DNA of 64,000 nt from Limnochordales bacterium (GTDB taxonomy: Bacteria; Bacillota; Limnochordia; Limnochordales; DUMU01). Below, piece after piece: positions 57,060-64,000 of the stretch. Both the position numbers and the translations under genes were made by a program. The DNA lies in assembly GCA_014896315.1 (NCBI GenBank), contig JADBKP010000003.1, positions 58,134-122,133 of the forward strand. The letters run 5' to 3'. The notes under the pieces are model-generated. The model ran no database searches, was not told where the DNA came from, and saw only the letters and a program-made list of their open reading frames with translations. How positions within the stretch are numbered: the first letter of the stretch is position 1; the number at the start of each line of letters is the position of its first letter.

Positions 57060-57578
57060 TTAGTTGGTTGAGATCACGAAGGTGAGAGTGTTGCTGTAGG
57101 TCCCTTCCGCATAATTCCAAAGGTTTTCGATCCTGAGGTCGAGGTATACGCTCAACCAGCTCGATTGCTTACCAGAGATACTCCAAATGGTCTGAGCATC
57201 ATCACGATTGCCGGCAATCGCGGTCCACTCTTTGACCTGCGATCCTGTTGCATCGCTTCTGATAAGTAGATCAGTCAGGGCAATACCCGGATTTCCCGCG
57301 GTTCCGTATACCTTCAGCGTTGCACCGGAATTGCTATTGGTCCGAACTTGGACCTCCACGGCCTTTTCGGATTCGACATAGCCCTTGGTCATATCATTAT
57401 CGGTGGGAGTAAGCGTGACCTTGGAGGTAACAACACTGAGCGCGGCAAACTTGGACATGCTCAACTGCAGAGTGGCTGTCCCTTCCGTGGCCGCCAGGGC
57501 CGGCACTGCCATCCAGAACATGGCCACGACCAGCAAGACCAGAAGACTTCCCGCTACTCTACTCGCCCGCACCTTCAT
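57060..57578 (-). CDS. secreted beta-rich protein, family member C (candidate major subunit)
   Basis: Clear signal peptide (LLVLLVVAMFWMAVPALA). Strong SD GGAGGGATGGCTTA-ATG. Ser/Thr/Asn-rich 140-aa mature part ending GTYSNTLTFVISTN. Confidence 0.75.
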   Translation of the reverse strand: MKVRASRVAGSLLVLLVVAMFWMAVPALAATEGTATLQLSMSKFAALSVVTSKVTLTPTDNDMTKGYVESEKAVEVQVRTNSNSGATLKVYGTAGNPGIALTDLLIRSDATGSQVKEWTAIAGNRDDAQTIWSISGKQSSWLSVYLDLRIENLWNYAEGTYSNTLTFVISTN

Positions 57579-57668
57579 TAAGCCATCCCTCCACTACGCT
57601 TCGCTGTTTTCGCAAACGGGCATACGGCCCGTTCACTGCCTCCGGTATGGCATGTAACGATCATGGAA

Positions 57669-58244
57669 TCACTCATCTTCCGTCTCTAACTCATACAAAA
57701 TGCGGACCTGATACGAGCCCGGCAAATCCTCCCAAGTCACACGCAGCCGCAGGTCCACGTCGACCGATGCTGGGGTCGCGCCGGTCGGTCCACCCGAAGC
57801 GATAAGGAAACGCTTGCCCTTCACGAACTGCGTGTAGCTGCCGGAAGGAGTACGGAACTCCAGCTGCTGAATGGGGATAACCCGCGTTAAGTCTTCCGCG
57901 GCAACCAGGTCACTCTCTACCCGCGCGTACAATCTCCAGGGGGTATTGCTCCGGAGGATCAAACGGCTAGCTTGAGGCAACTCGTGATAACCATCACCAT
58001 CACCTGGTTGCACACGACCGAAAGAGACGAAGGGGTTGGTAAGGTACAGCTCTGCCGAGGCGCTGTTTACCGCTTGAACGTTAAGGATCCGGCTCCTTGC
58101 GCCGTTATCCGCCGAAGGGGCGGCCAGGAGCAGACCGCTTTGCCCCCCGGGTGTACTTTGACCTCCACCGGCCAGACCTGCGCTCCAGCGTCCCAGGACA
58201 AACCCGGCCAACAGCACAAGGAGCAGTGCGCGGCAGCGCCTCAT
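57669..58244 (-). CDS. secreted beta-rich protein, family member E (paralog of 52634-53251)
   Basis: ATG 58244 sits 9 nt after GGAAGGAGGG. Signal peptide MRRCRALLLVLLAGFVLG. GYHELPQASRLILRSNTPWRLYARV block and C-terminal PGSYQVRILYELE. Confidence 0.75.
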   Translation of the reverse strand: MRRCRALLLVLLAGFVLGRWSAGLAGGGQSTPGGQSGLLLAAPSADNGARSRILNVQAVNSASAELYLTNPFVSFGRVQPGDGDGYHELPQASRLILRSNTPWRLYARVESDLVAAEDLTRVIPIQQLEFRTPSGSYTQFVKGKRFLIASGGPTGATPASVDVDLRLRVTWEDLPGSYQVRILYELETEDE

Positions 58245-58299
58245 CGCCGTCAGCCCTCCTTCCAACTGAGTTAAATTATGTTATTTCGTGCGTGATCTT

Positions 58300-58329
58300 A
58301 GTCTAATAACCGAAATGAACGGAAGTCAA
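58300..58329 (-). promoter_or_regulatory. possible promoter for the subunit/assembly operon
   Basis: Minus strand TTGACT - 18 nt - TAGACT in the AT-rich 60-nt gap after the ParA-like gene (the -35 overlaps its stop codon). Confidence 0.45.
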
Positions 58330-59279
58330 GACGGAACCGACTGGCCCTGGCGCGACTGCGCCCTCGGCAGGCGTCCGGCCTGCCAGATCCGGCTGCTCAG
58401 CCTGACCGGCCGGCAACTCTCAAGCTGCTTGGCTATCTCCCGATAGGCTGCCGCCCCCGGTGTGTCCGGCGCATACTGTATCACACTCTTGCCCGTCTGG
58501 GCAGCCTCCTGAAACCGGACGCTCCGGTGGACTGGCGGCTGCAGGACCGGTAGTTCCCGACCTAACTCCCCGTAGAGCAACTCGAGGATCTCCCGGGAGT
58601 GGCGGGTGCGGGTATCGAACATGGTGGGCAAGATGCCGATCAACCTCAGCTGGCTGTTTAGCTCAAGCCTGACCCGCCCCACCAGCTTGAAGAGAACCTC
58701 CAGGGCTCGCCAGGCAAGAAAATCGCAGGAGACCGGAATCAGGATCTCATCGGCGGCGACGAGCGCATTGATCGTTAACAGGCCGAGGGACGGTTCACAA
58801 TCAAGGAAGATGAAATCGTAGCTGTCGCGCACCGGCGCCATCAACGCAACGAGACGGCGCTCCCGCGCCACCATGTTGACCAGATCCATCTCCGCCAGCC
58901 CCAACTCGGCATTGGAAGGCACAAGATCATAACCAAGCGAAGTACGTAGTATAAGATCAGTGGCGCTGACGTCCTCATCTTCGTCCTCGCTCAGGTACGC
59001 CAGAGTCGTGGAGGAGTGCGCGCCGGTACCCTGCGAAGCTGCGCGAACCGGTCGGGATTCGTCATAGCGGACGCGCCGCGGCCCTACCAGACCGTGGTAG
59101 ACGGTTTTAGCCAGTTCGTCAGGCTCGAGACCACTCCAGACGGTCAAGCTTCCCTGGGGATCCAGATCCACGGCGAGGACCCTGCGCCCTGCCTCTGCCA
59201 GCGCCGCTGCCAGGTTAACCACTGTCGTGGTCTTTCCCACTCCACCTTTCTGGTTGACGACAGCAATCAGACGCCCCAT
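58326..59279 (-). CDS. orphan ParA/Soj/MinD-family ATPase with an internal insertion of about 40 aa
   Basis: Deviant Walker A IAVVNQKGGVGKTTT, DLDPQGS, FIFLDCEPSLG. ATG 59279 follows GGAGG (track ORF extends to 59357). No parB nearby. Confidence 0.85.
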   Translation of the reverse strand: MGRLIAVVNQKGGVGKTTTVVNLAAALAEAGRRVLAVDLDPQGSLTVWSGLEPDELAKTVYHGLVGPRRVRYDESRPVRAASQGTGAHSSTTLAYLSEDEDEDVSATDLILRTSLGYDLVPSNAELGLAEMDLVNMVARERRLVALMAPVRDSYDFIFLDCEPSLGLLTINALVAADEILIPVSCDFLAWRALEVLFKLVGRVRLELNSQLRLIGILPTMFDTRTRHSREILELLYGELGRELPVLQPPVHRSVRFQEAAQTGKSVIQYAPDTPGAAAYREIAKQLESCRPVRLSSRIWQAGRLPRAQSRQGQSVPS

Positions 59280-59460
59280 GGTATGCCTCCGGCCCGTATG
59301 ATCGCCAGCATATTTTTGAACCGGAGGCCAACCATCCTGCCGGCAAAGAAAAGTCATCGGGAAGTAACGGACTCTCCTGCAGTACCACCAAGCAGGAATT
59401 TGTACCGGAGGGGAGAAGAGCTTAGCTTATATTGCCACCTGGTGGAGAGGCGAAGCTTAT

Positions 59461-60681
59461 TTGCGCAACTTTGCGGCGGGAGTCAATCGCTTTCGTCTTT
59501 TTTATTTCCTTTACTTCACCGCTTTCGGGGCCTACACTGCCTTCATGAACCTCCATTTTAAACGGCTCGGGCTGAGCGGCGCTGAGATCGGCAGGCTCAG
59601 TGCGCTTGCCCCCATCGCCACCCTCGTCGTACCGCCCGTCGTGGCTGCATGGGTCGATCTGCGCTGGCAGAAGCGGAGGGCTGTGGCAGCATCGCTTTTG
59701 GCCAGCCTGGTTGTCTTCTCCCTCTATCTGACAGCCACCAGCTTCTGGCCGCTTTTTGTCATCTCGCTTCTCTTCGCACTGGTCAATACCCCCCTTGTTC
59801 CGCTGGCCGATTCGGCGACGCTCGACCATCTGGCACAGCACGGCAGTCACTACAGCCGCGTACGGGTCTTTGGTTCGATCGGATTTGCCGCGGGTGCGAT
59901 TCTGGCCGGCCAGGTGCAGCAGCGGCTCGGCGGGACGAGTGCGGCCGGAGCTTTCCTCTTTCTTTACCTTCTCGCCGCTGGAATGGCACTTCTGGTATCT
60001 CTCACCTTCCCGGCCGAAGGGAGTCATCCTGCGCTCCCCGCCGGCGAGAAGCCTCTTACCCCGGGGGAGAGATTCCTGCTCCCCTGGAAAGCGATTCTGC
60101 AGCAGAAGGCGCTGCTCTCCTTCCTCTTCGCCCTTTTCCTTGCCCGGGCCAGTTCCGTCGTCTACTACAATTTCTTCTCCATCTACCTGAATGAACTGGG
60201 AGTTACTGAGAGCGGCATCGGCGTCACCTGGGCGGTGGCAATCGCCGGCGAGGTGGTGTTGATGACCCTGGCTCCGTTCCTGATCCGCCGCTTCGGGAGT
60301 CGGAATCTGCTGCTTCTCTCCATCATCGCCTCAGCCGTCCGCTGGGGTCTCTACGCGCAGGTCCACTCACACACCGCTGTTGCCGTCGCCCAACTCCTCC
60401 ACGGCTTCACCTTTGCCACTCTCTGGGTTGCTGCCGTGACGTACGTGGATGAACAGACGCCTTCCCGTTGGCGGGCGAGCAGCCAGGCCTTGCTGGCGGC
60501 GGTGAGCAACGGCCTTGCTCCCGCTCTGGGAGTGCTGGCAGCCGGATACCTCTACGCGCAAACGGACCAGGTTGCGCCCCTCTTCTTCTATGCGTCGCTG
60601 GTGGCCCTGGCCGCCGCGATCTACTTTCTGGTTTACCTTCTGTTGGAAAAACGATCGGCCCCGCCGCCTGCAGGAATTTGA
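59461..60681 (+). CDS. MFS transporter (MFS_1_like / nucleoside-H+ symporter-like)
   Basis: 12 predicted hydrophobic spans, N-terminal FRLFYFLYFTAFGAYTAFMNLHFKRLGLSGAEIG; TTG start after GGAGAGG. Confidence 0.8.
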   Translation: MRNFAAGVNRFRLFYFLYFTAFGAYTAFMNLHFKRLGLSGAEIGRLSALAPIATLVVPPVVAAWVDLRWQKRRAVAASLLASLVVFSLYLTATSFWPLFVISLLFALVNTPLVPLADSATLDHLAQHGSHYSRVRVFGSIGFAAGAILAGQVQQRLGGTSAAGAFLFLYLLAAGMALLVSLTFPAEGSHPALPAGEKPLTPGERFLLPWKAILQQKALLSFLFALFLARASSVVYYNFFSIYLNELGVTESGIGVTWAVAIAGEVVLMTLAPFLIRRFGSRNLLLLSIIASAVRWGLYAQVHSHTAVAVAQLLHGFTFATLWVAAVTYVDEQTPSRWRASSQALLAAVSNGLAPALGVLAAGYLYAQTDQVAPLFFYASLVALAAAIYFLVYLLLEKRSAPPPAGI

Positions 60682-60749
60682 TTACACAAGAGGAAATATA
60701 CTCCTGCCGCGCTCCCCACCGCACTCCACCGGGGAAAGGAGCAACTGCG

Positions 60750-61400
60750 ATGGGGAGTCCTGCTGTGCATCACAAGGTTGCGCGAACCATTGCCGCGACC
60801 CTTCACTTCTGGCTTCTCACAACAGCCGCCCCGGATGCGGGAATCCCAGGCGCGCTGGCAGCATCCTCCAGTGCCGATTCTCTGTGGGCCGTGGCATACA
60901 CTCTGGAGTACCGGGACGCTGGGCTCTTCCGGCTCGTTTACGCTGGCTACCTGCGCCCCGTAACGGCCGGCAGGCCTGCTGCCAGCCGGATCGAAACTTC
61001 CCCCGACCCCGGACCGGACGGCACTCCGCTGGGATGGCCGGATGGCATCACCATCACCGCCCCCGAGCTGGCCGCCGCCATACGGCGAGGGCACGACCAG
61101 GCGAACGGTTCATCACCACCCTCCCTCGATGGGCTGCACGAAGGTGCGGTACTGCTGGTCCTGGCCCGTCCCGCCGAAGACGGACCTGTACTCCACTCGC
61201 CCGGTCACGCCCCTCCGTCCCTGGTCCTTCTTACACCGCTCGTGATCTTCCTTGATCCTGAGGGCTTCCTCCACCGACAGCAGCTGGTGGAAGAGCTCCT
61301 GCAGCGGCTCGGCGTACGGGAGTCCTCCTACTCCTCCGGGCCCTCACCCGGCCCGCCACCAGACCCTAAGGGTGAATTACCGGCCGGCCCCGGCAGCTGA
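60750..61400 (+). CDS. hypothetical protein
   Basis: ATG 9 nt after AAAGGAG. GC-rich third codon positions in this frame by hand count. No family recognised. 3' end overlaps the convergent DUF3006-like gene by about 70 nt, so one of the two tails may be spurious. Confidence 0.45.
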   Translation: MGSPAVHHKVARTIAATLHFWLLTTAAPDAGIPGALAASSSADSLWAVAYTLEYRDAGLFRLVYAGYLRPVTAGRPAASRIETSPDPGPDGTPLGWPDGITITAPELAAAIRRGHDQANGSSPPSLDGLHEGAVLLVLARPAEDGPVLHSPGHAPPSLVLLTPLVIFLDPEGFLHRQQLVEELLQRLGVRESSYSSGPSPGPPPDPKGELPAGPGS

Positions 61401-61666
61401 GTCTCTCGCCGTCCGGTCAGCCGGGAGAGGAGTCCCTCTATCCGCTGCCGCGCCGCTTCTGTTTCGCCCGGCGCCTCCTCCAGATGCAGTCGCAGGATGC
61501 TCCCCTCGCGAGTACCCGGGGGAAGAAAGCGGCGCGGAAAAGTTATGGCACTCTTTTCGCCGTCATCCCGGACCAGCAGCACGGCAAAGCTTCCTTCAAA
61601 ACGATCCACGGTCACCAGGAGCGCGGTCGCCGGCTGCCTTTCCCTCTCTTCTCCCACCATGGTCAA
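61328..61666 (-). CDS. DUF3006-like small protein
   Basis: LLVTVDRFEGSFAVLLVRDDGEK..FPRRFLPPGTREGSIL pattern. Coupled (ATGA overlap) to the upstream MBL-fold gene, as is usual for this family. Confidence 0.65.
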   Translation of the reverse strand: MTMVGEERERQPATALLVTVDRFEGSFAVLLVRDDGEKSAITFPRRFLPPGTREGSILRLHLEEAPGETEAARQRIEGLLSRLTGRRETQLPGPAGNSPLGSGGGPGEGPEE

Positions 61667-62907
61667 TCCTCCCTTTCGGATTGCCCTACCATAACGAGCG
61701 GTCGCAGCGTTTCCAACAACTTCGGTCCGATACCCTTGATCTCGAGTAGCTGGTCTACAGTGACGAAAGGATGCTCCTGCCGATAGTCGATGATACGCTG
61801 AGCGAGCACCGGTCCGATTCCCGGCAAAGCCTCAAGCTCCTCCCGGGTTGCCCGGTTCAGGTCTAGCCGGTTCGAGGACGGCAGACGATCCGTGTCCAAC
61901 GCCTTCGACGTACCCGGAGGCGTCTTCTCCGTCTCGACTCTTACCTCACGGCCGTCCGTGATCAGCGTCACGGTTCCGTGCTGGTCGTTCCGGTATATAC
62001 GGGCCCTGGGCGCGCACGCGGCCAACCGCTGCAAGGTCTCCCGGTGGGGATGGCCGTAGGGATTGCCCGCTCCGGATTGGATCACGACGATGGCCGGCTG
62101 TACCGCCTTCAGCCAGCCACAGGAGGTGCTGTCCGAACTGCCGTGGTGCGCCACCTGGAGTACCGTGGCCGGGGCGACCTTGCGCCGGAGCACCGCCGCT
62201 TCTCCCGGAATATCCAGATCACCGGTGAGGAGGAAAGCCACCTGCCCGTACTCGATCCGGAGGACCACCGAGTTGCTGTTCAGGCCGGAGGGGAGCAGCG
62301 GCTCAGCGGGGTGCAGCACCAGCAAGCGGACCGAACCTACTTCAAGCTGCTTGCCGGCGCGGGCCAGTTCAAACGGGATCCTTTTCCGCTCGATGAGGCG
62401 CAGGAAGCTCTCGTACGTGTAGGAGGTATGGACCTGGCCGTCTGCGAGAACCCGGCCGACCGGAACTCTCTCCAGGACGGGCAACAGGCCGCCGATGTGA
62501 TCCGAGTGAGGATGCGTGGCCACGACCAGGTCGAGTTGCTTGACTCCCAGGCGGCTGAGGTACGGCAGCAGCACCTGCTCTCCGGCCTGCCGTTCGCCCC
62601 CATCCACAAGGATGAAACGGTCTTCCGGTGTCCTGATCAGAACCGCCGCTCCCTGGCCTACATCTATGAACTTGACCCACAGCTCGGCCGGGCGGTCTGA
62701 CGCCGGCGCCGTCCTCGTCCCGACCACCCCGGCCGGGATCAGCAAGACGGCAAGAAGTACCGCCAGGCCGACGATGAGCGCCCGTTGTCGGTGACGGTAG
62801 CACCAGTACCACTCCCAACGCACCGCTGCTTTCGCCCTCCGTCCAGCCGCAAGAGTTATCTGGTTACGCGTTCGACGGCAAAGGTACTTGACCTTCTCCT
62901 CACCCAT
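61663..62907 (-). CDS. membrane-anchored MBL-fold hydrolase (ComEC C-terminal-domain-like) fused to a ComEA-type helix-hairpin-helix DNA-binding domain
   Basis: N-terminal TM; metallo-beta-lactamase motif VATHPHSDHIGG, HHGS; C-terminal LDLNRATREELEALPGIGPVLAQRIIDYR...IKGIGPKLLE. Confidence 0.8.
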   Translation of the reverse strand: MGEEKVKYLCRRTRNQITLAAGRRAKAAVRWEWYWCYRHRQRALIVGLAVLLAVLLIPAGVVGTRTAPASDRPAELWVKFIDVGQGAAVLIRTPEDRFILVDGGERQAGEQVLLPYLSRLGVKQLDLVVATHPHSDHIGGLLPVLERVPVGRVLADGQVHTSYTYESFLRLIERKRIPFELARAGKQLEVGSVRLLVLHPAEPLLPSGLNSNSVVLRIEYGQVAFLLTGDLDIPGEAAVLRRKVAPATVLQVAHHGSSDSTSCGWLKAVQPAIVVIQSGAGNPYGHPHRETLQRLAACAPRARIYRNDQHGTVTLITDGREVRVETEKTPPGTSKALDTDRLPSSNRLDLNRATREELEALPGIGPVLAQRIIDYRQEHPFVTVDQLLEIKGIGPKLLETLRPLVMVGQSERED

Positions 62908-62946
62908 TGAATTAGCGGATTGCCGGTGTTATGCTGAACCTGGTTT

Positions 62947-63161
62947 GAGACCTTCGGGGCAAGGTGAGCCCGCAAAGGGCAATTCCTGACCGGTGGTAGG
63001 TCGGCAGCCGACGAGTGCAGGCAGGACTGGCAAAGAAGCCGGCGCGCTACGGTCGTCCGCTGTCCGACGAGCCCACGAGCCCGTCGCCACACCCAATGGG
63101 GCGGGCAGATCTGGTGCAAGCCAGAGCCGACGGTATAGTCCGGATGGGAGAAGGTCGTCTC
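62947..63161 (+). promoter_or_regulatory. FMN riboswitch (RFN element)
   Basis: GACCUUCGGGGCAAGGUGA...AAUUCCUGACCGGUGGUA...GAGCCCG...CAGAUCUGGUG...AGCCGACGGUAUAGUCCGGAUGGGAGAAGGUC with P1 GACCUUC/GAAGGUC. Confidence 0.88.
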
Positions 63162-63244
63162 AAGGTTTGAAATCGCGGCCCGGGCAGCTTGCAGCTTCAA
63201 GCAGGTGGTTGCCCGTCCAGCATTCTCCCTTTACGACGACCGGC

Positions 63245-63274
63245 CACCCCCGAGAGGTCATCGGGGGTGTTTTC
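63245..63274 (+). terminator. riboswitch expression-platform terminator
   Basis: CACCCCCGA-gaggtca-TCGGGGGTG followed by TTTTC. Confidence 0.8.
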
Positions 63275-63304
63275 GCGCAGCCTCACTTAGAAAGGGGAGC
63301 GAAA

Positions 63305-64000
63305 ATGGCCGTCGACATTGTGAAGACGCTCACCAAGACGCCAGGGGCACTGCCAGGCGCGGGCTGCGGCACTGACCCTCACGAACTTGACCGCTACTGG
63401 ATGGAACGCGCCATTGAGCTGGCACAAGAAGCCCGGGGCTACACCAGTCCGAACCCGCTGGTAGGTGCTATCGTCCTGGACGCGGCCGGCCGTCTCGTCG
63501 GCGCGGACTATCACCACCGGGCGGGCCAACCCCATGCCGAACGGCTGGCACTGGCCCAGGCCGGGGAGGCAGCCCGGGGCGGCACCCTCTACGTCACCCT
63601 CGAGCCCTGCTGCCACTTCGGGCGGACCCCTCCCTGCACCGAAGCGATCATTGCCAGTGGGGTGCGCCGCGTGGTTGTCGCCATGCAGGATCCCAACCCT
63701 CGGGTGGCGGGTAAAGGGTTCGCAGCCCTGCGAGAGGCGGGTATAGAAGTGACCGTCGGCGTGGCCGAGGAACAGGCCCGCCGGCTAAATGAGGCTTTCT
63801 GCAAGTACATCACCACCGGTCTTCCTTTCGGCCTCTGGAAGGTTGCCATGAGCTTGGATGGCAAGATCGCTGCCAGGACCGGTGATTCCCGGTGGATTAG
63901 CAGCCCCGAATCCCGCGCCGAGGTGCATGAGCTCCGGCAGGCTGCCGACGCCATACTGGTGGGCAGCGGTACCATCCTGAGCGATGATCCTCTGCTGACC
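63305..64000 (+). CDS. ribD: bifunctional riboflavin biosynthesis deaminase/reductase RibD (3'-truncated by window edge)
   Basis: Not in the ORF track (open to the window end). My translation: ...WMERAIELAQEARGYTSPNPLVGAIVL...HAERLAL...TLYVTLEPCCHFGRTPPC (CDA zinc motif) ...AMSLDGKIA. ATG follows AAAGGGGAG. Confidence 0.9.
   Translation, partial: MAVDIVKTLTKTPGALPGAGCGTDPHELDRYWMERAIELAQEARGYTSPNPLVGAIVLDAAGRLVGADYHHRAGQPHAERLALAQAGEAARGGTLYVTLEPCCHFGRTPPCTEAIIASGVRRVVVAMQDPNPRVAGKGFAALREAGIEVTVGVAEEQARRLNEAFCKYITTGLPFGLWKVAMSLDGKIAARTGDSRWISSPESRAEVHELRQAADAILVGSGTILSDDPLLT

Noticed and set aside
59280-59460. Search for a second c-di-GMP riboswitch upstream of the ParA-like gene / minus-strand operon
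   Set aside because: Neither strand shows the GGCAAACC...ACGCAAAGCC core. The gaps inside the operon (60-95 nt) are too short for an aptamer.
59404-59470. Short direct repeats AGCTTAT in the parA-like / MFS divergent intergenic region
   Set aside because: The repeats are only 7-8 nt with two copies, which is within chance expectation. No associated structure is evident.
60468-60749. Upstream extension of the 60468-61400 ORF overlapping the MFS transporter 3' end
   Set aside because: The extension lies inside the MFS gene in another frame. A good SD + ATG at 60750 gives a non-overlapping start.

Overview
High-GC (about 63% by eye) chromosomal segment with the gene order of a spore-forming Bacillota (Clostridia-like) genome. 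Most of it is core. From about 9.2 to 52 kb, the minus strand carries an almost uninterrupted translation and transcription block. It runs cysE-cysS-mrnC-rlmB, a VanW-family gene, sigH, four tRNAs, rpmG-secE-nusG-rplKAJL, rpoBC, an L7Ae-like gene, rpsLG-fusA-tuf, the S10/spc/alpha ribosomal operons, ecfA1A2T, truA and rplM-rpsI. The left flank (1-9.1 kb) holds galE, a HAD hydrolase, a BsuPI-like secreted protein, a nanE / TIM-barrel isomerase / RpiR sugar operon, an RlmI-like methyltransferase, trxA and a class A PBP. Recognisable cis-regulatory RNAs are a T-box leader (probably Cys) before cysE, a c-di-GMP-I (GEMM-I) riboswitch at about 52.5 kb, and an FMN riboswitch with terminator before ribD at the right edge. 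The one clearly accessory stretch is about 52.4-59.3 kb. It holds four mutually related small secreted beta-rich proteins, a 307-aa two-domain Ig-like secreted protein, and a 719-aa beta-rich protein ending in two SdrD-B-like domains. An orphan ParA-like ATPase lies next to them, and one subunit gene sits directly behind the c-di-GMP riboswitch. I read this as a candidate, unnamed, c-di-GMP-linked surface-fibre or adhesin assembly locus, analogous to chaperone-usher or WxL-type loci. That reading rests on sequence patterns only. I saw no rRNA, CRISPR array, IS element or prophage gene. Many long ORFs in the track are antisense shadows typical of high-GC DNA, and many track ORFs carry spurious N-terminal extensions. 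I trimmed starts where a Shine-Dalgarno sequence plus a conserved N-terminus supported it.
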